NCBI RefSeq assembly: GCF_006345805.1
Contig: NC_043004.1
Span: 42,842,001-42,906,000 of the forward strand
DNA: 64,000 bases
DNA from: Octopus sinensis
Taxonomy: Eukaryota
Direction: 5' to 3'
Under the pieces are notes generated by a model. It had not been told where the DNA came from. It saw only the letters and a program-made list of their open reading frames with translations, and ran no database searches. Of the stretch, positions 12,872 through 26,496 are shown one piece after another; the first letter of the stretch is position 1; the number at the start of each line of letters is the position of its first letter. The translations under genes and the position numbers were made by a program.

Positions 12872-15800
12872 ACTTCATTTTTATTCTTTGATTTCATCTG
12901 AGTTCATCTGCGTTTATCCTTGCCATCTCATATTCTTCTCTCTGATACAGAGATAACATATCCAAGAATGCTAACCTATAGGATTCTGGAATTCTCTCGT
13001 GAGGTAGCGTCAAGAAATGTTCAATCATATCTAGGTACGCAAAAATGAAATGGTTAAGATATAATAAACTGTATATATAGTTTTCAGTATACTCATTTAC
13101 GCGTATCAGATCTTCTGCACAAATAAATAAATGTATACTGGTGCGTGTATTTTCTTATCTGGATGCGCGAAATACAGTATAATATAGTGTTTATTCCCTT
13201 CTGTTTTGCATCTGATAAGGTATTTATATAAGCATGAAAATCAAATTAAGCTTATTAAGTTGTAATGATAAGAAACATAAAGCAATTATTATAATATTAG
13301 AAAAGGTCATGCAATATTCCAAGCTTTAAATTTAAACCGTAAAACTTCTTAAATTAAAATAAATTGGATTTTCATTGTAGGATATTCTATAACTAGCAAA
13401 ACACGAACGTGTTTGGTAATGTCATGCTAACACTTAGCAAGACGAAAAAGAAAAGGAAAGAAATTTGAACCTATTATCTTTGCCAACGAGCGCATGTGAC
13501 CGAAGAGGTAAAGAACTTAAAGTAACTTTACGTATATACCTTCAAGATCTTATCGGCTTTTATTATTTATTTTCTTCATACACTCATGGATGCTTCTCTG
13601 CCACATATACCTGAGTATACACGCATTAAGCAAGACGTTGATTATTAGAAGAGACGGTATAAAATAAATAATTTATCCGCTTTTGATCCACCATCACAAA
13701 AAGAAATTATTTCTCTCGAAGCTTATAAATTCTTGTGACATCAACAATATACAATGATATCTGGCAAGATTATTGCTTCTAAAATGGGTAGAGGAAAACA
13801 AAGCTTTTCTCCATTGATAGAACGATAGTCATGTTTACAGGAGATGTAGGTTCGTGTCTCAGTGTTAGCCTCCGACTTTTATCTATCCAAAAGGTTTTTA
13901 AACCAATATGTACACGCTGCAAGCAGTATTTTCTATATACATTCACTTATAACTTAATCCTACATTCACTTATATATGAATGCATCTTCGATTGCATCAA
14001 ATATGATTTCTAGAAATGCTCTGTAAAAAATACTTTATTCAAACCAAAATTACGATTTTAAGCATTGATAGACTCTAAACCATAGATTGACTCCAAAGCA
14101 TTGATAGACACCAAAGACAACGGTTTGCAGTCTAGGTTGACAAGTAGTTACTTTTGTCATATCATACAGTGACAGAGAAATATAAACGCACAGGATTACA
14201 CAATAATACCACGAGAAAAAACAGACTTACGTAAGTCATTAGTAATGAATATACGTGTGTGTATGCATGTGGGAGTGCGTGTACGTGTGTGTATGTGAGC
14301 GCGCATGTGCGTGTGTGTGTTTTGTTTTCCATTTAGTGTAATGTTTCACGGTCACCAAATTGTTAGCAAGGCTGTCAAGTATATCAATATATGTGTGCAC
14401 TTATGCATGTGTGCATACGTATGTACACACTTATTTGTGTATGTACACAAATGCATGTATACATAAATGCGTGAGTATATCTGCATATGTGTACATATAT
14501 CATATTAATGGACAAAAATGTTATTGAGATGTAATATCAGTGTCGTTTCTTGACTCATCATTTATATATAGATAAAACTACTCTGTAGTTTTTCGTGGAA
14601 AAATTTAATGAAATACTACATAAGCCTCTTTTTGCTCATCTTTTTTGTTATTTTCTAACGCTGGAGAGACGATCAGTGCCTCTGACCAAAGCGAAATATA
14701 GTACTGGTTTCAAATTTGGCACATGGCTAGCGATTTCTAGGAAGTGGGTAAGTCGATTATATCAACCCAAATGCTGAACTGATACATAGCAAATCCGAAA
14801 AAATGAAAGCCAAAATTCATCTAAATTTGCTCTCAGAATATAAGGATGAACGAAATGTCGCTAAGCGTTCAGCCCAGCATGTTTTTGCAAGATCATTACA
14901 TGTTTTTAATGATTTTGCAAGATCACTGCATTCAAGGTGAATGACCATACCGTTATATTAATCAGTTAATTTGTTGACCGTCATTGATGAGTCAACAATG
15001 TTATGTGATAAATAAAAATTTATACTGACCACTCAAAGTTTTTGCTTTGACATTAAGGAAATATTTCCTGCACGAATTCGCGTACGCATGAACATATGAA
15101 AGCGTACAATTATGCGAGCGAGTGCAGGCACGTGTAGCGATATTGAGCAGCAATATATTAATGTCTAAATACACACAAAAACACACACACACACACACGC
15201 ACACACACACACACACAAACAGACACACACACATACACACACACACACACACGATTCAACACATGTGCACGCACACTCACATACGCGCACATCCGCATAT
15301 ATAGATGCATGCATATGCATCGAAGCAAATATTGTGGGTCAACTATAAGACTAATAAAAGTGTAGTACGAAAATAAAACAAAACACCTTACAGAACGAAA
15401 AATGAAATTTAAAAAAACGTAAAAAAATGGAGGGGAATGAAGAAATACATCAGATTACTGATTCTATCAAATTCCAAGGGGAAGTTTCTAGATGATGGTT
15501 CTTTTTTCCCTGACTGAATGTTTAAGAGGCTTGCTTCCCAAATGTCTGACCTTTTGCTTCCCAAATGTCTGACTTTATTTGAATTGATTTCGGAAAGGGA
15601 CGCTGGAAGAAACATATCTTACAATAATGGGCGTCATGTTCGTCTGAATGTCTGTACTCTCTTCGCGGTCGAACGGCTGGACCACTGGTCACGGTGTTTT
15701 TCGGGATTACGAAGGATTCAATTAGGAAAGCTTTTAACGAAAAGAAAATGTGAAAACGTATGAATATTTAGGGGATAAATTGTCGAGAAATGATTGTGTC

Positions 15801-16057
15801 TCGACAGTATAGTGACAGCCTGCTGGTCATTGTGATGTCAGCGTTCCGGCGGTAGAAGTGGTGGTGGCAAAAACGAGCGGTTACAGTAGCAGCATTCATT
15901 ATGCAAATTTTGCTGGCAGTGGTTACGGAGGTCCTAGCGAGGAGTGCGCTGAACAGCTAGCTCTTGATTGGTAGCAGTTGTGGTTCACATCCATTGATGC
16001 TAAAGGAAGCTGCGCTGGTGATAGTGGTGTTGGTGGTATTAGTAGTTATAATAATAA

Positions 16058-16098
<41 letters not shown>

Positions 16099-16961
16099 AA
16101 ATAGTACAAAATATATGTTCAGTTGGGTGTCATAACCAGAGAAACGTTCGGTATTTAGAAGCTGTTTACAGATTATTTATAACTAGGTCCAGTGGATGGA
16201 TGGCTCCTGTCCAACTTCCAGACTGCTTGAACTGGAACAATCCAGAATTTCTACTTTGCAAATTTCAATTACAATATTTGTGGGATGGGAAGGAATGTTG
16301 GAATATAGTCGCCAAACGTATGAATACTAGCGTCGAACTCGAGATAAACCACAGACATGCCTTCATTCGCATTACTGAAACGAAGAATTTATTTCTCCCG
16401 CTGTATAATTTCTTCCAAATCACTGATCTGTATTTTAAGTTAGTATCAACGTAGACAATATTATTTGAAACATTATGCAGATTTCGATTTAAAACTAACA
16501 TTCTTATTGTGCTAAAAGTATGTCAATGATCAACGATGTATAAAGATATATACATTTAAAATCCTAACTGCATGTTAGTATTTCAACATTTTTATATCTA
16601 CTGGGTTGTCTGTTTTAGAATATTTATTCCAACTGCAGAAGGAATATATAATGCGCAAATATCTCCTTCTCCTAAAAACAAAAACAAAAACAAAACACAA
16701 CAAAAAACGTCATTCAGCCGTATGAAAAATGATTGGAAAATGTAGCCTTTAGGATAGTAGATGCATAGATACATTCCAGAAATATCTACATTCATATATC
16801 ACACAGATACATATATTACACACATAAGTACATACAAAGACACGCAGATATAATATGTGACAATTAGTTGCTTGTCATTTTAAAACTCACTATCACATAC
16901 ATTTATAGACAGATTCCTCTATTTACATAACATCGAGGTCTCATCCATTTTGTTGTTGTCA

Positions 16962-17012
<51 letters not shown>

Positions 17013-17013
<1 letters not shown>

Positions 17014-17490
17014 GGGTGAGAGAGCGGTGCATGCCATCAAAATGACACTGCGATAAAATATATGGAGCCCAGTATAACCATCACGACTACCCGTCTGATA
17101 AGGGTACACCAGGCTAATGCATCACAACCATATGTGCGCGACAGAGTGATCCCATATCAATATAAACAGCACATGACCTTGCAGGTGAGGCCCAGTTAGA
17201 ATTTTCATCTGGTTGAGTAACCCATCCCGCTCAAAAGGTCCCTGAATAAAGGTTGTTTAAGGATATTGAACGAAACATTCGTGTTTCTAAAGGAGAATTA
17301 TCCAAATCTGTAAAGATTCCTTTCAACACATGGCTATGATGTTCCCGCGCTAATTCTGCAAGTGATCAGAGATGCACATATCGTCAGCCACTAAGGGACA
17401 TGCTCAACTGGTTATGGTCAAACAACTGACAAGCAAATCTGTGGTATTGAGCAGAATATTTGCTGTAGCCCATCTTTTATACCAAGACAA
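17013..17490 (-). mobile_element. Non-autonomous retroposed element with (AAT)n tail
   Basis: About 480 bp of complex sequence ending (minus strand) in CTCTCTCACCC followed by (AAT)n at 16962-17012. Resembles an abundant octopus repeat (from memory); RTE-related origin is an inference. Confidence 0.55.
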
Positions 17491-17554
17491 AACAATGTAG
17501 ATGATAACACTTCCAATCAGTTAAGATCAGAAGCCATGAGAGCCACTGCATCAG

Positions 17555-17657
17555 GGCATTTATTATTATCATCACCATCATCATCATTATCATCATCATC
17601 GTCATCATCATCATCATCATCACCATCATCACCATCATCACCATCATCACCATCATC

Positions 17658-17689
<32 letters not shown>

Positions 17690-17704
17690 CATCATCATCT
17701 TCAG

Positions 17705-17743
<39 letters not shown>

Positions 17744-17757
17744 TATTATTATTATAA
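17555..17757. repeat. (CAT)n/(CAC) microsatellite
   Basis: Direct reading; explains the poly-M and poly-S ORFs. Confidence 0.95.
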
Positions 17758-17819
17758 TGGATCCGGGCTTCTGGTGTGAGGGTGGCATACTAAATGAAGG
17801 CAGAAGTAGAGAGAAGATG

Positions 17820-18300
17820 CCACGGATTAGAAAGCTGGGTGTTTATCTATAAGATGTTCGAGGACAGGTGACAAAAAGTAAGACGCTGGGGCAGGAAAAA
17901 GGATTTGCACCAGGTAATCAAGATGCGTATATTAGGTGTGGGGAAACGTGATCTGCTTGGTATGAAGGGAAGCAGTCGATTTATCGTGAATGTGGAACGG
18001 TGACTTGGATAACGGGGGTGGGCAACCATGTTGGAATTAAAAAATCCCTCTACCTAACTGTGTTTCAACGTCATGATTAGGGATACTTAAACGGCAGAAA
18101 CGGACGAAGTGGAATTAAGAGATGGCGTGTTCGGTACAGGTGCGACGACTGTGGGGAATAATCAAATTAGATGTGGGATACACTGGCCATAAGAACGGAG
18201 CCAATGAAGAAGCTAGAAGTGTTAAAGGGGGTTTCGTTTGATATGAAAGGATAAAGTAGGTGACATGGGAGACAGAGAATTTATGGGCTTTACGTTACTG
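17820..18300 (-). mobile_element. Possible highly decayed LINE (APE-endonuclease-like) fragment
   Basis: Minus strand GFFNSNMVAHP..PTPNIRILIT loosely echoes the APE GDFN / PTR..ILDL motifs; weak. Confidence 0.3.
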
Positions 18301-19267
18301 AAATCTGATGATAACTGGGTCGCTCATGAATCAATCGTATGAAACTTGGCTGGGACTAGTTAAAAGTGAACATATTCATGATTTGAGAAAGGTAGTGATG
18401 CATGGGAATAGACGTATTTTTCCTTGAGATTTCTCAATAACGGTACCTCCCTTTCTCACATGCTTCAACGGAATGTGTATCCTCAGTTGCATAACAATGT
18501 AAAATGTATAATCATTTACTCTACCACATAACTGGGTTTTTTCATTTAATCAAGCTTGAATTACACTATGCAAAATTTAAAAAACACATTAAGGATTCCG
18601 TAACGTTAGTGAATATATAATTCAAATATTTTTCTTATATGTCGAGAGAGATTTTTTGTTGACGGATATGTTACACGGAACAAACGTGACTAATGCTACA
18701 GTCCCACCGAGGCAATGATGCGCATTCCGCTTCAATATATGTAGTGTTTTCAACACAAATCAAATAAGAAACGTCCCTTCAGAACAAAGAAAAAATACTT
18801 CTACAGCACGGTTTTCTAATGTGTATTGTCATTTAGTATGATGCAGATATAGCTGTCTAAATCGAAATGCGGTATGCATTACCGTTACACATACAAAAAT
18901 ATGTATATGTGTTTGTGTATATACAAGCATATATATGTTACCATTCATACATGCATGCATGCATTTATGCCTACAAACACAAAAACATATACATGTACAC
19001 ACACACACACTCGCACATATATAAACAGCAACTCAGTAGAGTACATCTCAACTTATATAATGATGAAACGAATTATCACAGGAAATTATAATTTTGTCTG
19101 GGTTGTGCTATTAATCTCTTGGGTGATATAAAACGATTCATATATTTCGATACGTCATATTAAAAATAAATAAATTATTAATAGAACATCGCAGCTTATA
19201 CATACGTATATCTATACATATAGATATATTCATAAACAAATAATACATACATACAAACACACACACA

Positions 19268-19311
<44 letters not shown>

Positions 19312-19608
19312 CAATTACATGCGTGGTTCATCTGCATATGTAGGTGTTTGTATATACATATATATGCTTATATATATATATATATTCACTCAAAGTCACA
19401 AATATGGACACTACACAGACACATATACGTGTTTTCTATCTTCTATCTATATATATTTCTATGTTAATCTTTCTCTGTATGTGTATATGTATATATATGT
19501 ATATGTATGTATATATATGTGTGTGTATATATATACATATATGTGTGTGTGTGTGTGTGTGTGTGCATATATATATATATGTGTCTGTGTGTGTGTGTGT
19601 ATGTATTA

Positions 19609-20519
19609 CAGGGTGCGTAAGATATCTGAGGACATATACTTTTGTGCCATTGCTGCATATTTGCTAACCCTGTATAATCATTGTTTCAGAAAATAAAAAT
19701 GACAGGCCCTCAGTTTACTCAAGATATGAAGGAGCATGCTGTTGTTGCGGTTATAAAGGCTGGGTATAGCGACTTAATAATATCTCGGTTTTAAAAGTTT
19801 CCAGATCTTTCGTCAACAAATTTTGTAAGAAACTATAGACTAAAGATGGACTCGTAACATCAGTATCAAAACGTAAAAATGATTCTAAACACTCTGAAAA
19901 CAAAAGTACATCTGAATTTAACCCGCATGTTCAACAGAACATTGATTGCAATTTCAGAAAGCATATGAGACCGATTGCAAAATGTCCCCAAGTGTCAGGA
20001 GTGACAGTTAGATATAAGACTTATAGGATGAGTAAAGGTCAACTTGCCAGAAAAAGTAAACGAAAATCACTACGTAAGGTATAGATGTTTTTAAACAAAT
20101 CGAAAAATCCAGCAGAAGATTTGATTCGGTTTTTGTCAAACAAGGAAACCGTAAAAAAAGATCGAAAAGTTAGCAGAAGAAATGACAGATGGTTATGTGC
20201 AGACCTTTGTGAAGTTCCAAGTCTTAGGCATACAACCGTCATGGTTTTATGGTTTGTGAGCAATGATGAACATGTGATCTCTCCTTAAATCTTTCCACAA
20301 GGTCTTAGAGTTAACTCTACCGTCAACATTGAGGTGCTGAAAATTATTGTTAAGGCCTGGATAGACAATGTATGCAAAGGAAAATCATAGGTGTTTCAGT
20401 AATACTCTGCACTATCACATATGCCTCTAGTAACACAGGAATGGATGGCTGAAACTTTTCATGATCACATGACCCCTAACAAATGTACTCCTAATTCCCC
20501 AGATCTCAATTAATTGGAC
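19609..20519 (+). mobile_element. maT-like (DD37D-type) Tc1/mariner transposase pseudogene
   Basis: TA|CAGGGTG terminus; ATG at 19699; MTGPQFTQDMKEHAVV..KVSRRNDRWLCADLCEVP..TVMVLWFVSNDEHV..FPQGLRVN..KAWIDNVCKGK..TQEWMAETFHDHMTPN..PNSPDLN*LD. Multiple stops and frameshifts; 3' end lost at the adjacent CR1. Confidence 0.85.
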
Positions 20520-21135
20520 ATAATTTAATTTAATTTTTTTTGCTCAAAAAGCAAAAGCAAGGCCATGTAGGGGGACATGGGAGGGTATTCATACACAGAG
20601 TTCAGGCCATTTCTGGTCAAGAGAGAACTTGAACCGAGCGGTCGTCGGTATCTTCACTATCTCGTCCGGCAGCTTATTCCACGGATCCGCAACCCCGACG
20701 GAGAAAGCCGCTCGCCTTCGATTGAGATGAAATCGTCGTAGATACAGCTTTTCAGAGTGATCCCGCAGCCCACGCTCTGAAGCAGGAGTGAAGAACAGCT
20801 CTGTCGAGATGTTATCTTTCCGCATATTATGTTGTGAGCGAGAATGAGATCACCACGGCGTCGTCGTTTCTCGAGAGAATAAAGGTCGAGCGTCTTCAGC
20901 CTTTCTTCATAAGACAAATGCTTGAGACCAAGAACCGTGCGGGTAGAAAGCTTCTGGACTCTTTACGTATGGAGCGTTGTTGAGAGAAAAGTAACTGAAA
21001 ATGCCCATAACACCAAAGATATTTTGACAGCTGCCATAGTCAGAATAATGTCTAAAACGAACAGGAACAACTTGATTCGGCCATGTACATGATTTAGATC
21101 TCATATAGAAGCAGAAACGAAGCTTTATTTTTATC
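20520..21135 (-). mobile_element. CR1-clade LINE 3' fragment (RT C-terminus, 3' UTR hairpin, tail)
   Basis: SYEERLKTLDLYSLEKRRRRGDLIL; LRDHSEKLYLRRFHLNRRRAAFSVGVADPWNKLPDEIV..FKFSLDQKW; CCATGT-CCCCCT-ACATGG hairpin and (AAATT)n tail. Confidence 0.9.
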
Positions 21136-21259
21136 CCCATAACATTTTTTGATGAATAAAGTTATTATCTATTATACCTCTGTTTTTATATATAAACATA
21201 TACCTTCCTCAAATACGTTACACAGCCAGTACAAATATGTATATATATAGGTATATGTA

Positions 21260-21300
<41 letters not shown>

Positions 21301-21395
21301 TCAATATAGGGAGGCAAAAAAATTTTGTAGAATTCTTTTGCCCCCAGCGGCCTAGTGGGAAAAAATTAAATAGTCATAAACCATTTTTAAGTTCA

Positions 21396-21605
21396 ATATC
21401 ACAATCAAGGAACGGCATAATAGGCCATTCACCCACTAGAAATAACAGCCAAAAGCTTCAACCGCAAAATAACATTAATTCCGAAAATCAGGGTAAATGT
21501 TTTTTAATTTTCTCCTGATTTACGGAATTAATGTTATTTTGCGGTTGAAGCTTTTTGGCTGTTATTTCTAGTGGGTGAATGGCCTATTATGGCCGTTCCT
21601 TGATT

Positions 21606-21612
<7 letters not shown>
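21396..21612. repeat. Long inverted repeat (about 97-99 bp arms, 21-nt loop)
   Basis: 21396-21492 versus the reverse complement of 21514-21612: near-identical (two 1-nt indels, one substitution). Confidence 0.95.
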
Positions 21613-21662
<50 letters not shown>

Positions 21663-21766
21663 GGAAAATTTACGAAAATAAACAAAAGACGAAGGCAGTT
21701 GGAGTTCAAACAAGCAAATGTATTAGTATAGCGCGCAGGAATAGACAAAGTCTTTTACGTCTCGAG

Positions 21767-22502
<736 letters not shown>

Positions 22503-22605
22503 CCGGAGTAAGCACATAAATGTGAAAGAAGGTACAAAACAGATTACTCAAATACCAGAGTTAGAGTAATATGATTTATTTAAAAGCAGTAGAAACATAA
22601 CAAAA

Positions 22606-22645
22606 GCTGTTACTCGGAGTTTCATGTTCCCGTTCGTCGGACACT
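22606..22645 (-). ncRNA. Minimal type I hammerhead-ribozyme-like motif (CCGACGA core)
   Basis: TGT CCGACGA ACG-GGAA-CAT GAAAC TCCGA GTA ACA. Confidence 0.5.
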
Positions 22646-22678
22646 TTTGTTAAAACCATACCATTTTTCCGATGGCCG

Positions 22679-22739
22679 GATAACTGAAGAGATGGCGGCG
22701 TGGATTTCCACCTCGGCATCCGAAACTCGGAATTTTATC
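22679..22739 (+). ncRNA. Type I hammerhead-ribozyme-like motif (canonical CTGAAGA core)
   Basis: Stem I GATAA/TTATC; CTGAAGA; stem II GATG..GTGG-ATTT-CCAC..CATC; GAAAC; cleavage triplet ATT; C-A mismatch in stem III. Confidence 0.6.
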
Positions 22740-22766
22740 ATGGCTAAGGAATAATTGTCACATATT

Positions 22767-22815
<49 letters not shown>

Positions 22816-22914
22816 GTATATATGTATATATATAGAGAGAGAGAGTGAGTAGATAGACAGATATGAATATATACATATATATATATACGTATATGCCTAC
22901 ACACACACATACAG

Positions 22915-23063
22915 GATGGGTTTCTTTCAGTTTTCCTATACCATATCCCCTCACAATGCTTTGGTCTGCCCGAGGCCATAGTTTAAGACACTTGCCCAAG
23001 GTGCCACGCAGAGGGACTGAACCCTGAACCATGTGGGTGGTGAGTAAGCCACTCCCACGCCTA
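22915..23063 (-). mobile_element. Family S1 SINE 5' half
   Basis: GACACTTGCCCAAGGTGCCACGCAG.GGGACTGAACCC..AACCATGTGG (reverse complement of the head plus the ACCTTGGGCAAGTG CORE-like motif). Confidence 0.85.
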
Positions 23064-23101
23064 ATACATACATAGATAAGCATGTATAAATACAAACATA
23101 C

Positions 23102-23147
<46 letters not shown>

Positions 23148-23359
23148 TGGCATAGGATGGGCGGTTTGCTTGATGGAAAGCCAATCTGATCTGGCAACGT
23201 TTCTACAGCTGGATGGCATCGACCACGTTCGCATAGTGGTTTTTACATGGAAATATAAATATAATGATGTAATAAAAGGTTATTATTTAAAGGTGGTGTA
23301 TAAGGTAAATAATTTAGGTCTTTCTAATTTAGTTTTGGACAAGAATAACATTATTTAGT

Positions 23360-24110
23360 ATGATATTGCCTATCCCAGTCAAATAAAAATTAACTTAGTT
23401 GGGGCGGTGTACAACTCGTTTTGAAAACACTCCAATAAAAAATGTAGATATCATGAGATTTTGAATTTGAGATTCATTAAGGTTGCTTTTTCGGTCTCTC
23501 GGAATAATCTCTCAGATTATTTATGAAAAGAAATTATCCACTTTTTATCTTCGAGATAACTTGGTTAATAATAGCGAGACTGATTCCATGAGAACCAATG
23601 TTAATGATATTCCAAATAGCCAGTTTGCCAGCGATGGTTTGAATTCAATTTCTAATATGAGTTTCAATAAAAGGGGAGGTAATAGTCTTTCACTTAATGA
23701 TAATTCAATTCTTGAAGTTGCAAATAGGGGTGAGAATTCCCTTTGTGATTGTAGAAAGAAAGAAAATTGTTTATTTGGTATTCTTTGTAAATCTAGGGAA
23801 GTCGGCTATCAAGCTAAAGGTATGTTCGAAGGTAATGGCTACTTTTATATTGGTTCTTCTGCTAAGTATATTAAGAACAGAGTTTCGAATCATTACCATT
23901 CCTTTAGAAACAGAAATAGGGCTTCTACTAATTTAATCTGGAATCTTAAAAATAATAAGAAAACGCCCTTTTTTGAACTGAGCATTTTGGGAACAGTGTC
24001 GGCTTAAAACATTGGTAATAAGTTTCGTTCTATTTATTCGAAGCTCTAAACCTGAAATGTGTTTTTATCTGAACTCATAAGAACAAATTTGTGTTTAAAA
24101 ATCACAATTA
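23360..24110 (+). mobile_element. Penelope-like element relic: linker plus GIY-YIG endonuclease
   Basis: KHSNKKCRYHEILNLRFIKVAFS (cf. PLE KHFP..HKIFNRNTVKVSYS); CDCRKKENCLFGILC (CxCx5Cx5C); VGYQAK..YFYIGSSAKYIKNRVSNHYHSFRN..LIWNLKNNK (GIY-YIG-like). Frameshifted. Confidence 0.8.
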
Positions 24111-24940
24111 AGGTTGTTTATCATAGGTGTTTTATTTGATTATTTAGTTGTGCTTGAAAGAGTGATCATTTCGCTTTCACCCTTTGTAATTACCACTCAA
24201 GTTTATAAATTTTTTTGAAATTAATTTTTTTAAAAATTTACAATTTAAAAGCATTTTAAATTCTTAATTTTATATTTATGATATTATAAGTAATTTAATT
24301 TTGGATCATCTATGGTTTTGGGAGAGTGGATTTGTACATTTAATTCACTTAATTATCTTGCTACTGTTTTGATATTTCTCTATATATTACTTAGCTGACT
24401 CTGTACCGTTTCTAATTGATGGCTAATTGATATTTAAACAAGGTACAATAGGAAGTACAGAATAAAACACAGATACAAGCATTCACATATTTTCCAAGCA
24501 CACACATGTATACACATACGCAAACAGAATTGGAATGATGTCTGCTTTTATTTTCAGAATGGCACTTTTCCATTACGCACGCATGGAGACGTTGCTATTA
24601 CGCACGCACATACTCACAAATTCACACACACACACACACACACGCATGCACGCACAAACATTCATATCCCTCTTTTTTCATACACACATATATACACATA
24701 TACTCACGTAGACTTGAATGGCTGTTTTTTACTTTGTTCGCCCCTTCCTTTCTCACTCATATGTTGTGAACAAAAGATACACCCCTCGCTCTTTTTTTTT
24801 AAACGGTTATTACTTTTGCTCTCAATCGTTCAGCAATGGCTACTACTCTCTCCTATTTTCCTTCACTGTATTTCTATTTCGTCTGCTCTCCGTTCATGAT
24901 ACTACTTATTTCCTTTCTCTGTTATACTTTACACTCTTAC

Positions 24941-25097
24941 TCTTTTACTAGTTTCAGTCATTTGACTGCGACCATGCTGGAGCACCGACATTAGTACTTA
25001 TTGTATCGGTCTCTTTTCCTGAACCGCTAAGTTTCAGGGACATAAATACACCAGCATCGGTTGTCAAATGATATTGATGGGGACAAACGCACACACA

Positions 25098-25196
<99 letters not shown>

Positions 25197-25368
25197 CACA
25201 TATATGACGGGCTTCTTTTAGTTTCCGTCTACTAAATCCACTCAGAAGGCTTTAGTTGGCCCGAGGCTATAGAAGAAGACACTTGCCCAAGGTTCTACGC
25301 AGTGGGACTGAACCCGGAACCATGTGGTTGGTAATCAAGCTACTTACCACACAGCCACTCCTACGCCT
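24941..25368 (-). mobile_element. Full-length family S1 SINE with internal (CA)n(TA)n
   Basis: Both halves present around the microsatellite at about 25088-25205. Confidence 0.9.
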
Positions 25369-25988
25369 AAACAATGATTTGCTTTTTCGTTTTCATTTTC
25401 AATTTCGTTTGATATTGCCATATTATTAAATTCGAATTAGGTCATTTATTACTTTTTAGTCGACAATATATCTGTTTCTAGTGATTAATTCTTAATCTTT
25501 GATTATATAAATCTATTAATTTTGTGGTTAATTTTTTGTTTCATTAAATTTGTTTGTCTTTTCTAGGGATCTACATGACATGGATTATAAGGTTAATAAA
25601 TCGGTGGAGTGGTTTTCTGTACATATTATTTAATATATATTTTGTATGGTTTTGAATATCTAGCGTATTTTGGTATATTTCCTTCAGTTATCAGTTATTC
25701 GTTCCCGTCTGCGTTAAGAAAGGTCTCTGTATATATGTTTTGCTCGTAATTATTCATACCAGTATGTAATTCCTGACGAAAAGTCTAGTTTGTATTTTAT
25801 GAAGAGTGTTTCGTTTTTTTTTTCGAATAAATTAGACTCCGAAACAATTTGTAGAATTCAAACTGGTTCTGTGCCTATTTCGATTTTTCCTTTCTTTGTA
25901 CTTCATTTACATCTCTCTCTCTCTCTCTCTCTCTCTGTATATATATATATATATAATATATATATATATTATATATATATATATATAT

Positions 25989-26030
25989 ACTAGTAGAGAT
26001 ACCCGGCGTTGCCCATGTTACATGCAATTG
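25989..26030 (+). mobile_element. Helitron/Helentron-like non-autonomous 5' terminus
   Basis: ACTAG..ATACCCGGCGTTGCCC immediately after (TA)n resembles recalled Helitron2/HINE-type ends; extent unknown. Confidence 0.45.
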
Positions 26031-26304
26031 AAGAATTTGACTTTTCTGTTATATTTTCTCTAATGAACTGGAATATCTATGTTATGAGGGTTATTTCCCT
26101 CTTTACACACCCTAAAAAGTTGTAATCGTGTCACATGTATCCCATACTACTGATTTTTATGCGCATATTCCAAAGTTCCAGTCTTATTGTACCTGCTAAT
26201 GGGATTTTGCTCCTGAAAAATGAAGGTCATGGAGCTCTGAAATGTGACAGTTAAGGCCCCTGTTGGGGTGCGTGTCTTAATGTCAAAAGGAGAGAAAAAA
26301 GGAT

Positions 26305-26365
<61 letters not shown>

Positions 26366-26458
26366 CATACATACGTACAGAGTGAGAGATATATAGATAT
26401 AAATATAAACATATATACATATGCGTATGTGCGTGCAGATGGGTTGTGTATGTACGTC

Positions 26459-26496
<38 letters not shown>

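Larger units (their letters stand above)
22503..22770. mobile_element. Penelope pLTR-like composite with two divergent hammerhead-like motifs
   Basis: 22503-22645 is homologous to 47668-47732, 57559-57687 and (inverted) 60421-60490; HHR-like motifs at 22606-22645 (-) and 22679-22739 (+). Confidence 0.65.
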
